Position numbers and translations under genes: made by a program. 64,000 nucleotides of DNA from Styela clava (Eukaryota), in the NCBI RefSeq assembly GCF_964204865.1, contig NC_135256.1:13268001-13332000 (forward strand). Reading direction: 5' to 3'. The notes below the pieces were generated by a model. That model searched no databases. It was not told the DNA's origin and saw nothing but the letters and a program-made list of their open reading frames with translations. Below, piece after piece: positions 1 to 13,147 of this stretch; the stretch's first letter is position 1, and every line of letters begins with the position of its first letter.

Positions 1-607
1 CCAGAGATATAGTTTTTACCTAAATTTGAATATTTCTCGCAAATAAGCTTACCTTACCTTAATTGCAATGTTCAGGAAATGTTTTCTATGTTTCATTGAC
101 ACAAACTCTATAAGGAACAAATATTGTTTATTATGGAGCAAGTGACATAAATGTACCTATTGATACCAAGCAAATATATTAGTGTAGATCTACAAGACTA
201 ACATTATCTGGAGTCGAAAACATAATGTGACAACATACTGATGAGATTGAAAACAATGTCAGACTATTTGTGCAGTGAATCTCTTATCAGAATAGAATAA
301 TATGCCCTTAGTAATGTATTATACATAAGATATGAAACATAAAATATGTAAGAACTTGGATAAAATACTCTTTTCACATTTGCTTCAATTCCATGCTTGC
401 AGGCTTTTATTAATTTTTGATTCAATATTGAAGTTGCGCATGATTCACAATTTTTCTGACAATATTGTATACCGGTATATATTATTTATTGCAACCTCCA
501 TTTGTTATGGTCAATTGTTTTCACCTGATGATATCATTTCTTGATTATTTGTTTTTTCTAGGAAACACCTCCATGATATAATAAACTAAATTGTCATCGC
601 AACTAAG

Positions 608-2239
608 ATGGCTGATGTAGAAGATGAAGATTCATGGTTGTACGGTGATTCTACTAAAGAAAAATCAGAACCACCTGATTCAGGAAATACAAATGTAAAT
701 GAAAAACCATTATCAAAAATTGAAAATGAAGTCCAAGAAAAAATGGATCATGAGCCGGCTCCTGCTTTAGAGGTACCTGTCATTGAAAATGGAAAGGCGC
801 CGGTAATTAAGCTTGACAATCAAGCTCTACCTGCTAAAGAAATTGCCGCTAAAAATGAGGATGACGACGAAGATTCAGATGATGATGTACAAGTTACGAT
901 TGGAGAAATCACAACTGGTGGAACACCTGGGAATTTTCCAGCCCAAGGACTGAGTAGAACTTTCTATAGGAATCCAGTTCCTGTACCTACAAAACCTACA
1001 GTGACAAAAGGCTTGGATATGCAGGCTCCAGGTGATATCAACGGTACTCCAGTTATGGAGACAAATATAGACTTGCTTGATGACAAACCATGGCGCAAGC
1101 CAGGAGCTGACATTTCTGATTATTTCAATTACGGGTTTAATGAAGATACCTGGAAGCAATACTGCGATAAACAAAAGAAATTTCGAGGACAATTAGATAA
1201 CATGCCTGTTATATCACTGCCTTTACCAAAACCTATCCAGAATGGTACCACAAGTTTGTTTAGCACCCCACCATATGTTCCTTTGGCCAAATTTGAAAAT
1301 ACTGTCAGAAACATATCAACTTTGCAATTTAGTAGAAGGAAAGAAGATGAGCTGTTAGCGGCCTCTGCGGCAGCCGCAGCTGCCACAGCTGTACAAAATC
1401 AGTCACAAAATGCCACACCTGTCCCATCGTCAATTCCTCCAAGTTCTGCAACTCAAGTATTTTTGTCTCAGATGAGGCAGCCAATCGCCGGGACTTTGCC
1501 CAATGCCCCTTTGCCATTCCCACCCATAAATCCCAATCAACCACCACCAGGTATGCCTATTGGTGTCCCTCCACCGTTTATGATGTCTAATGTTCCTCCG
1601 CCTGGAATCCCTCCACCAGGCGTTGGTCCACCGCCAGATTATTTACAATCAGCACCTCCTGGATATCCGCCAGGGTTTCAACCCCCAGTCACACACACTG
1701 TGCCCCCTCCTTTATTTGGTCAACAAGATGGTGGCGATCCTTACAATCAATACTCAGAAGATCGGCATAGGAGACCCTCGGATAGTGAAACAGATCGACA
1801 TAGTGAAGATGATGGCCGATACAGGAGAGAGCGGGGAAGTAGTTCCAGAAGAGATTACGACCGTGATAGATATAGAGATAGAAGGGATTACAGAGATAGC
1901 AGACCTCGGGATAGAGATCGTGATCGAGACAGAGATCGTGACCGCGATAGGGAAAGAGATCGTGATCGTGACCGAGAAAAGGATAGAGATCGTGATAAAG
2001 ACAGAGACCGAGATAAAGATCGTGACCGCGATAGGGGGCATGAAAGAGAGAGCAGCAGTTCAAGAAGATATCGAGACGACAGCCCATCCCGACATAAATC
2101 ATCGCGCAGAAAGCATGAAGATGATGACAGGCATTCAAGCAAACATAAAAAGGCAAAAAAGCATAAGCACAAAGATAAAGACTCTGATGCTCCTCCTGGA
2201 ACTGATGAAGTTAATGGCAATGAGGAGGTCGAAAAGTGA
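608..2239 (+). CDS. FIP1L1: Pre-mRNA 3'-end-processing factor FIP1 (543 aa, single coding exon)
   Basis: Fip1 motif DKPWRKPGADISDYFNYGFNEDTWKQYC; acidic N-terminus with WLYG; Pro-rich middle; RD/RE dipeptide tract and basic C-terminus. Splice acceptor (ttttttctag) at 560-561; AATAAA near 2652. Confidence 0.95.
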   Translation: MADVEDEDSWLYGDSTKEKSEPPDSGNTNVNEKPLSKIENEVQEKMDHEPAPALEVPVIENGKAPVIKLDNQALPAKEIAAKNEDDDEDSDDDVQVTIGEITTGGTPGNFPAQGLSRTFYRNPVPVPTKPTVTKGLDMQAPGDINGTPVMETNIDLLDDKPWRKPGADISDYFNYGFNEDTWKQYCDKQKKFRGQLDNMPVISLPLPKPIQNGTTSLFSTPPYVPLAKFENTVRNISTLQFSRRKEDELLAASAAAAAATAVQNQSQNATPVPSSIPPSSATQVFLSQMRQPIAGTLPNAPLPFPPINPNQPPPGMPIGVPPPFMMSNVPPPGIPPPGVGPPPDYLQSAPPGYPPGFQPPVTHTVPPPLFGQQDGGDPYNQYSEDRHRRPSDSETDRHSEDDGRYRRERGSSSRRDYDRDRYRDRRDYRDSRPRDRDRDRDRDRDRDRERDRDRDREKDRDRDKDRDRDKDRDRDRGHERESSSSRRYRDDSPSRHKSSRRKHEDDDRHSSKHKKAKKHKHKDKDSDAPPGTDEVNGNEEVEK

Positions 2240-4066
2240 ACTACTCTGTGAATATTATTGAAAGACCTTATAATTCCGATTGCGGTTATTATGCCAACAC
2301 TCCGGTTTTACTGAGATAACAACTGATGCATATATTTGAACATGCAGATCAAATATGATGAACATACGGAGACGGTCTCTTTAGAAATTCAATACTTCAG
2401 CAACCATATTTTCTGATAATGTTGTTTAATAATCATTTATTGAAAAAATGTCATTGAAACAAAAAAATTTAAATAGGTTTTAATTCATATTTTGTGAATA
2501 GTTAGTTATTCATGTGAATGGCTCGAGGATTTTGAGGACTGTTTTTGAAGATTTTGTTCTGGAGTACATTTGAAATTGATCACCCCTCTTAACCTGAGGT
2601 AGAGTGGAGATGAGTAGAAATCGCAATTACCATAACGTTATGTGTGTGTGTAATAAATACCATTGTAAAGGGATGAAATAAGACTGGGAGCTCATGAGTA
2701 CATATGCTGCCACTTACCCAGCTTCCTAACTAGTTACTTTGGTGTACTACACATTGCTACTGTCGAAGGTCCCTACTAATTTTAAATCTCTCCATGCATG
2801 CAATATGTAAATTATGGTGCGAAGACATTAATTCATTTATACTTAGTAAGTGGAGTCCAATTTGTGTAATTGCTGAAAAATATGGCATTCGAAAAGGTTT
2901 TGAATTGAATTTGAAAACGTTTCAAAATATTAGTGAAAACTATGGACAGAAATGCAATGCCTTTGCCACATTTGTCATTAAATTCCCTATGTTTAATGTA
3001 TCGCTTGGGTTACCTATTTGCACATTCTCTTGTGAAGAATATTGTACCTGAATAGGTTTAATCAGCTGTAGAAATTCTCTCACGACTGTTTGGTCTTCTC
3101 AAGTTCGAAAGCGACAATTTTAAATAATTCTTTCAGGATTCAATCAATTTTGAAAAATACAATATTAAAATATATACTTTAGGATGTCTGTAGAAATGGT
3201 CGTTTTGGGAGGTGGTGTGGGTTATATTATGGAGTGGAATTGCTCTCCTGAAAACTTGTCAAGTAAAGTTTATATCTTTTAACCGGTGCCAAAGTTACCG
3301 AAGTAAGGTACGCAAGCTGATCATCAAGAAAGCAGCGACGCCCACGGCTGGGATTTCCAAATGAAAGGTAAATGGATCGTGCTCCCTTTATGTACAATTT
3401 TCTAATAATATTGGCATACTTGTATAAATCTCATTCAAGAGTTTTGAAGGTGGGGGACACGTGTTAGTCACTCTACCAAATTACCTTAGGCAAGTTATGG
3501 CTCCTGCCACGGAAACGCCGCCAAACTATTATCGCTATTTTGAATTAACGGTGCTTGAAATTCAATAGTTATTATACCTCTCCACCAGAACGTAGTTTTA
3601 TTGGGAGCGGTGCCTTATTATATTTAGTATTGTGTCTCCAAAAAGTTTGGTGATTTTCAACGTGCTACATTGAACATTATCACCACGCGAACGCGGCCCC
3701 CTCGCCTAGTGTGAAAACTACATGTAAATTACAAATTAGCTTTTTCGGGACGTGGAGAGAGACAGTTCCAGAAAGGCACGGCGAAACGGCCGTGTGTTCA
3801 AAAAGAGATTATCCGACCTTCAAATCGGGGAACAATACAAACATATACATATAAAATGTACAAGTTTCCACATGAAAATATCACAAAGTAATCCGCTACT
3901 TAAAAAAAAAGCATTCAGACCGTGGTAATCGTTAGCGTCATGAATAAAAGGTCCAAACGAAATTATCTGGCTGTAGTTCCAAATCTTGCGCAATTCGGCT
4001 TTTACAATCCAGCGGCACTATTCTGGAGATTCTTTTCCTTCCCAGTTGTTGAAATTGAAAATAACT

Positions 4067-4226
4067 GGCTCGGCGGTGTGGCGCATCGTGCTAAGCTTGA
4101 GGATTGCGATCGCCAACGCACCTCTGATTATTCCGCATGGGTTTGCAGGTTCGAATCCCACGCGGGGATAGGTATGTGCGAGAAAATTGCTGGACTCCTC
4201 GTCGCTGTAAGGTGGTTCACGTAACC
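4067..4226 (+). mobile_element. tRNA-derived SINE, 5' half (truncated by a hAT-type MITE end at 4227)
   Basis: A-box-like GTGGCGCATCGTG and B-box GGTTCGAATCC (4148-4158); homologous to the full copy at 33977-34316 (-). Confidence 0.8.
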
Positions 4227-4911
4227 TAGTGGTTCTTAACCTTTCCGAGAACCCATGCACTATTCGGCATGCTCCCGCCGAACCCCATCGTACTGAACGG
4301 TTCAAATTAGGAGCCCAATCCTAACTTAATAACGGGGAAACTATGTTCGTGCTAGCTAAAAGGAAATGAACATTATGGTTTAACCCTAGATACCAATCAG
4401 ACATGTGGAAATAGCAATCGTTTTGTCACAATAGTGCCGCGACAGGAAGAGCAGATTTTTTTCTTTTATTAGTTGTGCGAATGAAAAAGCGGAAAACGGA
4501 TAAAAAAAAATAGCAACTTTGAAAATCCAAAAGATGATAATATGCCTCAAAAACGTTTGTAGTTCAAGTCATTCGGTTCTCAAACTCCAAACTGCATTGA
4601 AATGTGGATAAAAGCTTTTGCCAATTATTTTATGATGATAACTTCCAGAAAAGCTCTGCAATTAAGTATTACTTGTCACAAATTGATCACCTAGTAATAT
4701 TCAAACTCGTTCTGATTTTGCATTCATTTATGTACAATTTACTGCCAATATTCAATTTATCCGTAAAACTTAGTTTATTAATTTTATTAGTACGGTAGAT
4801 TACGGATATTCAGCTCAAGAATCCTTGCTTGTCAAAACAACCGAAAAGATATTTTAAGGTCATAAGCAGAAAGCACCTAAAAGCGCTATCATAGATTAGA
4901 TAGGTACAAAC

Positions 4912-6123
4912 TAGAGATGTACCGATACCACTTTTGCCGCCGATACCGATACCAGCTAAAAACGCCGATACCGATACCGATACTACAAAAAAGCCGATAT
5001 TACCGATATTCCGATACCGATACTATGTAATTATTAACTATTGTAAGGCAGACGGGTTAAAACAATGGTCTTTAAGCGTTGTTCATAGTACACATTGTTT
5101 CAGATCGAAAAAAAAGATATATATATCACATAATATGAAATTAATGTTTGGTATCCATATGCTGTAACTGATTAAGATACATTGTACAGTAACGCTAGTA
5201 ATCTCGGTGTTCAATTAGAAAACTCATAAGCCGGGATGTCCAATTTGAATTTAATGTTAATATCGCGAGCTTCGAATATCGTTGTTCGTGTTTAAAAGAA
5301 TATCGAATATCACCCACACATTCTAGCGCCGCCGTCCTACGTTCAAATTAAAAGCATTTTACAAATATTTAATTTAGTGGCTAATCGTAATCGTCGACGC
5401 AATAAGTCAAAGCCAACATGAAAGAATATCAATCAGCATCGACAAAAAGAAGGCCCACCGATAACCGTTGAGGATGTTTTTTTACTTCACTATTTTATAA
5501 TATTTTACTATTGCTATCCTATATTTTGAGACAGTCTAGGGCTAGGCGGTCAAGTCAATATATATATTTATGAAGAAATCGTGTAGCTAAGCAGAATTAA
5601 AATTAATACCTGTGTAGTGGGATTATTGTGCGGAATTTAGTTTATCGATGTCGACGGACTAAATGACACTCGTACTTGACGACAAACAGTCAGAATTTAT
5701 ACCCGTGCCAAAAGTCCATGTGCCGTTAATAAGGAAGGACCCCAATTCCACTGTATGATTTAAAACTGGGCGCCTAGTTGCTTTTTGTTATGTGCTGTGT
5801 TGATATATTTCTTCATAAAAACTATGTAATATTAAAAATGTCAATATAAAAATTTGACAGCGAAAATAGCCAAATTAGTTGAGCTAGTTTAGCTGACAAA
5901 TAGCTAAAAACACGTGAATCCTATTCTCTCGCAGGGGTGGGGACATGTATGGCTCATAGCTCACGATCTCTCCAGACAAAAATAAATTAAAAAGTAGTAT
6001 TCCAACTTATCTTTTAAAACATTCTGGACCATATCAAAAAGGTAAATATATCGGTAATATCGGCCTTAATCTAACCGATACATGGCCGATACTGAAAAAG
6101 TGGCCGATACCGATACATCTCTA
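4912..6123. mobile_element. Non-autonomous hAT (Ac-like) element
   Basis: TIR TAGAGATGTA...TACATCTCTA; perfect 8-bp TSD GTACAAAC (4904-4911 and 6124-6131); subterminal CCGATA repeats at both ends. Confidence 0.9.
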
Positions 6124-6154
6124 GTACAAACACCAAAGCGCGCGACGTCAGTGA

Positions 6155-6463
6155 AGATATTCGTTTTCAATGAAACGTACTAGAATCTACGAACATTGAC
6201 GGTCCACTGAAGCTTATATCTGCGATATGCACAAAAACAAAATAGCAGATACGTCTGTGGAGATATGCGTTTTCAATGAAACGTACTAGAATCTACAAAC
6301 ATTGACGGTCCACTGAAGCTTATATCTGCGATATGCACAAAAACAAAATAGCAGATACGTCTGTGGAGATATGCGTTTTCAATGAAACGTACTAGAATCC
6401 ACAAACAATGACGGTCCACTGAAGCTTATATCTGCGATATGCACAAAAACAAAATAGCAGATA
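6155..6463. repeat. Tandem repeat, 106-bp unit, about 2.9 near-identical copies
   Basis: CGTTTTCAATGAAACGTACTAGAATC recurs at 6162, 6268 and 6374. Confidence 0.95.
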
Positions 6464-7151
6464 CTGCACTTTCGATTTTATATCTGCACCACTACACCTA
6501 CTGCGAAAATCGAGTGAATTTTCAATACAGCATTAATATGCGTTATAAATCATACTCCACCTGAATCTTTTATTATATTACCCAATAAATCTCTGGTAGT
6601 CAGCAGAGTCAGAGACATTTGACAAGTAATTGAAGAACTTGACTAGAGTAGCAGAAACACCACTTTTGCGTCACAAGAAACATAGATCATGTGCTGGCCA
6701 CCCTGCGGCTGTTTGAACGGAGGGGAATAGAGAGCATGAATGAATGAAGTGGGCTTGCTGCCCCAATAGTCAGTAACCCATATAGCTTTTTTAACCTTTC
6801 CTGACAAATAGAACTGTCAAAAAGATTGTAATTCAAGCTTACCTAAGGGTGAATCAAAGTCAAATACAACTTGGAAGTTCAACCATGGAAATCGGTCTTT
6901 GTTGCAGTCACTTTTGCCTACATCACTTATCTTATCATTCTCCCGCTAAACCATAGTATATTATAGAATATCATCAAAATATTACAAAAACTAGGTTCCA
7001 AAAATTGCAAGTATTAAAGCACATAATGCATTTTAATTTATATAATGTGGGCAATACAGCAGCAGTTTAAACAATATTATTGTCATGCCATACCCACTAG
7101 AAAAAATACGAATGAAATATTAGCAGTGGATTTCAATCTAGATCAAAATGG

Positions 7152-9734
7152 TCATCCATTCATTCCTGACGGACTATTGGTGGGGGTTGAGTTACTGTCA
7201 GCTAATGACAAAGGAGGTGTTACAGTGGAGCATCTCAAAGCAGCTGGGGCAGAAGAATAGCTATTAATGCTATGGTTACTGTCCAGATCAAAATCCGGAA
7301 GCAAATCTGACAGATCAGACACTTCTGATAATTTTTCATCATTTGGTTCCTTTTCTGGACATTGAGGATGACTTGCAGTTAGATATTCTTTAGTCAGCTG
7401 CGTTGTTTTTGATACTGTTGGCTTCATTGGTGAAAATCTGTGTTTTTCTTTAAATGAGGAATACCCCGATAGACGATATTGACGTTTCTGAGGATAAGAT
7501 GAAAACTTCTTTGTGGAGGAATATGTTCTTGATACCATGCCATACGAATGAGAATTATCCACAAATGACTTGACACTGTGTCTTTTTGCAATAGCATTGC
7601 TTCCACCTGGTCTGGGTGTACCTTGGTAAACCATTTGATGATTTTTGCAGCCATCTGTCACAATATAAATGCTGCAAGTGTTAGCTGGTGCTATGACTTG
7701 AATCATCTGTTGTTGTGATTTATCAGGCACTACAGATATACCACCATTAGGCAATATTTGTGGATGGAATTGCAATGGTGTTTCATTTACTGGATGAGGG
7801 TAGATCATTTGCGGTTTGCCACCAAACATATTTCCCATATGATGCTGTTGTGCGGGACGTGACATTGGCTCTGCTGATGTTGATTGAACAGTGTTATTAC
7901 ATTTTTCAATTACCGTATTGTGACAATGATTTGTGGTTGTATTCGGTGAATTCGAATTATCATATTCTGGAACAACTATAGTTTCATCATCTTCATGTGC
8001 GAAAAAAATTTCTATTGGCATTTCATCTGCGATAGCAACAGTTTCCTCATTTACCACTGTAGACAGTTGGCTTTTATCTGTATTTAATGGATCCGTCACA
8101 GATTGTCTTTCCCAAAAAACCATATGGATCTCACCAGCAGGTATTTTTGGTTGTCTGCTTTGCCATTTACATGAAGGACTTTTTAAATCATCGAAGCAAA
8201 GCCATTTGTTTGCTTTAATATCTCTAATCCAAGTAATAAAATGCTTAAATGGTGACAAAACATAGCGCACAATAGCAAAAACACAGTATAAATAACCTTG
8301 TATAGCAAAGTCTAGCACACGTAAATTTGAGTGGGGCAGTCCTTTTTGAAAATGAAATGCTAGGCACGCGGGCAAATGTTCCATTAATATGGATGTTTCT
8401 CCTGAAGGAGAGTTGCATTCGAAACAATTGCGTTGAAACCTTGCATTCAGTGGATGGAAATCGGAGCAAACTTTAGGAAATGATAATATATGATTATGTG
8501 ACCTTCTTGCCCGCCTATGTCCACAATTTTCACATTGAAATTCCCATATCATATTGACTTTAAATAAGTCTGCTGTTGCCTCACTGGTTTTTAGCACCAA
8601 TGGTAGCATTTCAAACAAACTCTGAAACTCACCAATTTCAAATGAAGTATTTCGTTTTAACAGTTCTAATAAATCCTGCCTTACACGACCCAATTTTTGA
8701 CATAATGATATGACTACAGCGTCATCATTATTCCCATTGTTCGTTTGATGTATTTGATAAGCTTGCTGGCATACATCATAAGTCATAATTATCCTTTTGA
8801 GTACAGACTTATCAGCAGATTTTGATAAGTTCAAAGATGCTCTGGTGTTTACACTGCTCACTAATATTTGCAAAATAGCATCAAGCCAACAAGAGTTTTG
8901 TTCATTAATCCATTGTAACAGTTCACCATGGACAGGTGGACGAGAAAGTTTTTCAACAATATCCAATTGCTCTTCTTCATCTTCAGGTTTCACAGTATAT
9001 TCAGTATTTGTTTGACTAGAATAAATCATTACCTCAACTGAATCATCATCACTGGTCCCTGTGACAGTATCAATATCCATGACAGGATCAAATTCATTGT
9101 CAAATTGGATGTCACTTTCCCCTATTTCAGTTGAACCAGGAACAGAAATAACATTATTATTGGATGGTAATTTTGTATTATTGTCGCAAGTATTTTCGAC
9201 ATCAGCTTGCATGTCTGGAGCATTGATTGGAAAGTTCTCATGTGGATTAATATCCATTTCGATGGCATCATTTTTGATGTCAGACTCAATTTTATTGATA
9301 ATAATATCTTTTTTAACATCATTGACTATTTGCATAGATTGATTTTGAAATGTTGGTGTAGAAAAATCAAGTAGTGTATCCAAGTCAAATTCTTCGAAAA
9401 ATGTAGAATAACCACTAGATTTTCGAGACTTTCTACTCGATGCAGGAGGATTCTGTTCACTTGCTACAGGAAGAACAGAAGCATCTCGCTTGAATACGAA
9501 AGACTCAACAACATTGTCTTCTTTTAGTGGATAAGGGCATGTTGCAACAGGGCATAGACGTATTGCTTCTTCAAAGTTGATTTGAAAATCAGCGAGAACA
9601 GACTCTTTTCCATCTTGCAAACAACTTGGACAAAGAGTATAATTAAAATCCTGACTTTTCAAATTTGATTTTGCAGTGGAGGTAAAAATAGATCCCAAGT
9701 CAGCGCTAAACGAGTCTTCATTTGGCAGATGCAT
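7152..9734 (-). CDS. USPL1: SUMO-specific isopeptidase USPL1 (860 aa, single coding exon)
   Basis: N-terminal CPSC...INFEEAIRLC...CPYPL domain; catalytic Cys box QWINEQNSCWLDAIL; CxxC zinc pairs; His/Asp box HFITW...WLCFDDLK; EIHMVFWER. All match recalled USPL1 motifs. Confidence 0.9.
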   Translation of the reverse strand: MHLPNEDSFSADLGSIFTSTAKSNLKSQDFNYTLCPSCLQDGKESVLADFQINFEEAIRLCPVATCPYPLKEDNVVESFVFKRDASVLPVASEQNPPASSRKSRKSSGYSTFFEEFDLDTLLDFSTPTFQNQSMQIVNDVKKDIIINKIESDIKNDAIEMDINPHENFPINAPDMQADVENTCDNNTKLPSNNNVISVPGSTEIGESDIQFDNEFDPVMDIDTVTGTSDDDSVEVMIYSSQTNTEYTVKPEDEEEQLDIVEKLSRPPVHGELLQWINEQNSCWLDAILQILVSSVNTRASLNLSKSADKSVLKRIIMTYDVCQQAYQIHQTNNGNNDDAVVISLCQKLGRVRQDLLELLKRNTSFEIGEFQSLFEMLPLVLKTSEATADLFKVNMIWEFQCENCGHRRARRSHNHILSFPKVCSDFHPLNARFQRNCFECNSPSGETSILMEHLPACLAFHFQKGLPHSNLRVLDFAIQGYLYCVFAIVRYVLSPFKHFITWIRDIKANKWLCFDDLKSPSCKWQSRQPKIPAGEIHMVFWERQSVTDPLNTDKSQLSTVVNEETVAIADEMPIEIFFAHEDDETIVVPEYDNSNSPNTTTNHCHNTVIEKCNNTVQSTSAEPMSRPAQQHHMGNMFGGKPQMIYPHPVNETPLQFHPQILPNGGISVVPDKSQQQMIQVIAPANTCSIYIVTDGCKNHQMVYQGTPRPGGSNAIAKRHSVKSFVDNSHSYGMVSRTYSSTKKFSSYPQKRQYRLSGYSSFKEKHRFSPMKPTVSKTTQLTKEYLTASHPQCPEKEPNDEKLSEVSDLSDLLPDFDLDSNHSINSYSSAPAALRCSTVTPPLSLADSNSTPTNSPSGMNG

Positions 9735-9795
9735 ATCTGTTAAAGCTTCTCCTCAGGGACCAGCTTCATCTGAAAAAATAGAGTAAGTATATAAA

Positions 9796-10239
9796 GGGTC
9801 TCATGTAGTTTCGTACCTAACATACTTCTAGTGGACGTAGCATGACAATTTTTTTCACGTATCAATCCTAACCCCCACCTGACTACACCATCCAAAAATG
9901 ACGTCAACACGACGTCACAGTGACGTAATAAAAGCCTTCAAACTGTACGAACTGCCAACCAAGACGCGCAAACGAGCACCCGAAATCGAACAGTTATTTC
10001 TCTCGTTTTCTCGTCGAAACGATTCCGATAGAAGAGAGATCGATAATGTCAGTCAGTTGTTTATCGTCGGCGCCAATGCCATTTCGGGCGATTGTACGTA
10101 TATTTGGCAAGCTCTATGACGTGATTGTGATGTCGTAGTGACGGATGGCGTAGTCAGATAGGGGTTAGGATTGACATATCAAAATATTGTTATGCCACGC
10201 TCACTAGAAGTACGATAGGTACGAAAGTACACGAGACCC
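9796..10239. mobile_element. Largely palindromic MITE in the putative USPL1 5'-UTR intron
   Basis: GGGTCTCATGTAGTTTCGTACCTA... is inverted to ...TAGGTACGAAAGTACACGAGACCC; imperfect complementarity extends over more than 150 bp. Confidence 0.85.
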
Positions 10240-10924
10240 GTACATAAATGTCTGAATGCTTCAGATCAGTACAATTGCAGAGTAGTGTGCAAAGCATTCG
10301 CAATGTAGGAAGCCAGTAATGCTGTAAAAAAACTTTAAAAGTTATGGCAGTATGGCTGCCATAGGGCAGTAGGGCATTAATAAAATTAGAAAAAAGAGAG
10401 AAGCTTGAGATAAATTAGCCTATATGGTAACCGAAAAAAAAAATAATGCTTAGCTCATTAGTTATTCCCATAACTTGCTCGAGAAATAGTTTACTGGTGA
10501 CTTCAGGAAGCTTACAGAACAAAAACTGACCTGAACTCTTTGGAAGAAATCACATGTGGAACGTCCTCGAATCGTTCAGCAAAACGCCGCGAAAACGCAA
10601 TAAAAGCGATCGTGTTGCGCGGAGTCAAATTCTAATCTAAACTATTAAATAATATCGATAATTTTTATAGAGTTAGACTATAATGAAAACAATGAAAAAC
10701 AGTATAAAACAATATCGATGATTTTTATAGAAGTAGCCCAATTTACACATTGTTTTGTGTTGGCCAGTATGCAAGACCGTTGAAGGTCATCAAGGCTCCT
10801 GACCAATTTAACACTGTTATTGATTAAGAAGTCGGAATTAATTGTCACAATATAAATATAAAAAAGACGGAGACGGACGGACGGTATAATCATAGTTAAT
10901 ATTCAGTAAACTATGGTATAATAT

Positions 10925-11540
10925 GTTTCCAAGAGCATCGACTTCCTTGTTTACTTCGTAACATTGGCCGATCAACAAGAAGCAAAAAGTGACGTACCAA
11001 TGAGACTTTTCGCATCCGCTCAGACACTTTTATCACTCGGACAGATTTTCAGGCATGGTTGTAAACATTACCACGTTTTCGGATTCTATTTGTAAGTTTT
11101 TGGTTGTGTTTCGGAAATTAAAGTATGAATTAAAAAATTTAATGATCATTTTGTCTGCTCAAAAGTTTCAGTTTAATTACAGTAATCAAAAATTAGTCCA
11201 AAATAGCTGTGGTAGACTAAGCTGAAATTCTCTACTGGTACTTTCAAATAAACAGGTTGTTGAGTGTTTTGAATTAGAAGACGTGGTTGTAAACATCACC
11301 TCGTTTTCGCGTTTTTGAATTTTATTTGTTAGTTTTTGGTTGTGTTTCGGAAATTCAAGTATAAACTTAAAAATTCGATGATCATTTTGTTCGCTCAAAA
11401 GTCTGCTTTCAAATAAACAGGAAAAATATACCCCAGTTTACAGGCGCAAACTCGCGAATCAACTCATAAAATAAGCATCAAAAATGTTACAATGGTAAAG
11501 CATAGGAAGAATTTTTCAGGGGATCAAAGGTCGGGGAAAC
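10925..11540. repeat. Dispersed repeat family (further copies ~23092-23360, ~41814-42296, fragment ~36470-36595 inverted)
   Basis: Shared TTCCTTGTTTACTTCGT...GCATCCGCTCAGACACTTT block; ends resemble TTTCC...GGGAAA; this copy has an internal duplication at ~11060-11400. Confidence 0.8.
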
Positions 11541-12130
11541 GTCCAATGGAAGTCATGCGTAAACAGCATAAAATAAACAAAATTTATTACTACGCAAAAA
11601 ACAGATCCTTTTCTAGTAGTTAATCATTATGGCATGAAAAAAAAAAGTTCAGGTAGCAGTCGGTTTGCTTTTACCTAAGACCGTGGCTCCCAACCTTTGG
11701 CGTTGAATTCCTCCCTTCTTCTATTTTGGGACTCACCCTCACTTTGATTGTTCAATTTGTAATTGACCCTTAGTTATATGTGCAAGTTGCACTCTTGTTT
11801 TCGTAGAGTTCCAGTCTATATAGTAATGTGTGCATAAATGCCGTAAGTAAAATAGTATATAATAATGATAATAATAAAGAACTAAAGAATATTAGTAGTA
11901 GCCTACTACAGCAATACCAAAGTCGAAGCAAAATGCCACCTAAAAAACGGAGGAATTCTTCCTTGGTTGGGAAACGTTTTATGAATATATAAATGTTAAG
12001 GTTAAATAGTATTTTAAAGTTATTCGTTCTAGCTCCGTACAATAACGTTTTGTCTGACGGATTATATAGCAATATATGATAAAAGTTTTATCAATGTTGT
12101 ATGACGTGCCATCGACGTATGACTATTAGC

Positions 12131-12635
12131 CAGTGGCGTAGCAATATTCTCGTGACCCCCCCCCCGCAAAAATATTTCGTGAAAATGACCCTAAAAACTC
12201 TCGGACATAAGCTAAAACAACGCTCTTTTTATTTCGTCAAAAAGCAAAAATGTCGCTATTAAAAGCCAACGGTAACCTAAAATTTGTCGTTCATCTTGGT
12301 TACTTCAATATTTTCATACGTGCTTCCTCTTCTGCCATTTTTCTGCGTTTCTGTGCGCCACTGAGAGATTTTGCTTTCGACATTATTCTGACAGCCTTTG
12401 TAATTTTGCCGGTGCGATCAAACCAAACCACAAGATGCCGAAAATCGACGACTTCTTGGCATTGTTACGTAACAAAAAGATTTGAGCAGAACGAACATCA
12501 ACGTTATAAGATGTGCATTACTGGTTTTGCAATGCAGCTTTTGATTTTGCGGCTTAAATTTCTAAATTCTAACCGCTTGGGCCCCTTTGCGCTGTGGGCC
12601 CTCCCGCGGCCGCGGGGGTGGATGCTACGCCACTG
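12131..12635. mobile_element. MITE with 8-bp TSD (hAT-type)
   Basis: TIR CAGTGGCGTAGCA...TGCTACGCCACTG; perfect TSD CTATTAGC (12123-12130 and 12636-12643). A related end occurs at ~60013. Confidence 0.92.
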
Positions 12636-13147
12636 CTATTAGCTATTTGTATGTATGTATGCCATTTCTGACGGTCAGATAGGCTATTAGCTATTTCGGA
12701 CGGTCTGTTTCTAGCTTGGTTTCTAGACATCACTATAACGATGTGTCTGTGATTATGTCACATTTACGTCGGTGCGCAAACCTATCAAAAGGTTCGCAAG
12801 TAGGAATTATACCAGAAAATTTGGACTTATTTCTGTAGCCCGATCCAGGATCAATATAAATGAAATCCTGGTATTTCAAAAAGATAATTTTTGCGATCAC
12901 GCGCGTAATAACAAGACAATTCTATGAAACACTCGAAACTAATGAGCATGTCGTAATTCAGTGGTTCCCGACTTTTTAAATACTACGGACCCTTTTAGAA
13001 ATTTTCTGAAAACTGTGGACTCATTTAAAAAAAAGTCCATACCAGGGATGGCAAATCATTGACTCGCGGATCACAAAGTGACCTACCATGTTTACCAGTG
13101 ACCCGCCAAGTCACGAACTAAGGCATATATCATACTAACATTTTATT

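Noticed and set aside
1590-2261. Alternative-frame and antisense ORFs over FIP1L1
   Set aside because: By-products of the RD-repeat and Pro-rich codon patterns.
3183-3370. Rossmann-like VVLGGGVG after an acceptor
   Set aside because: Frame closes after 32 codons; no downstream exons found.
4067-4165. Functional tRNA gene
   Set aside because: A/B boxes are present but no clean cloverleaf; it continues into a body shared with dispersed copies, so it is a SINE.
6155-6463. Regular repeats as a CRISPR-like array
   Set aside because: Units are near-identical over their full 106 bp with no unique spacers; eukaryotic context.
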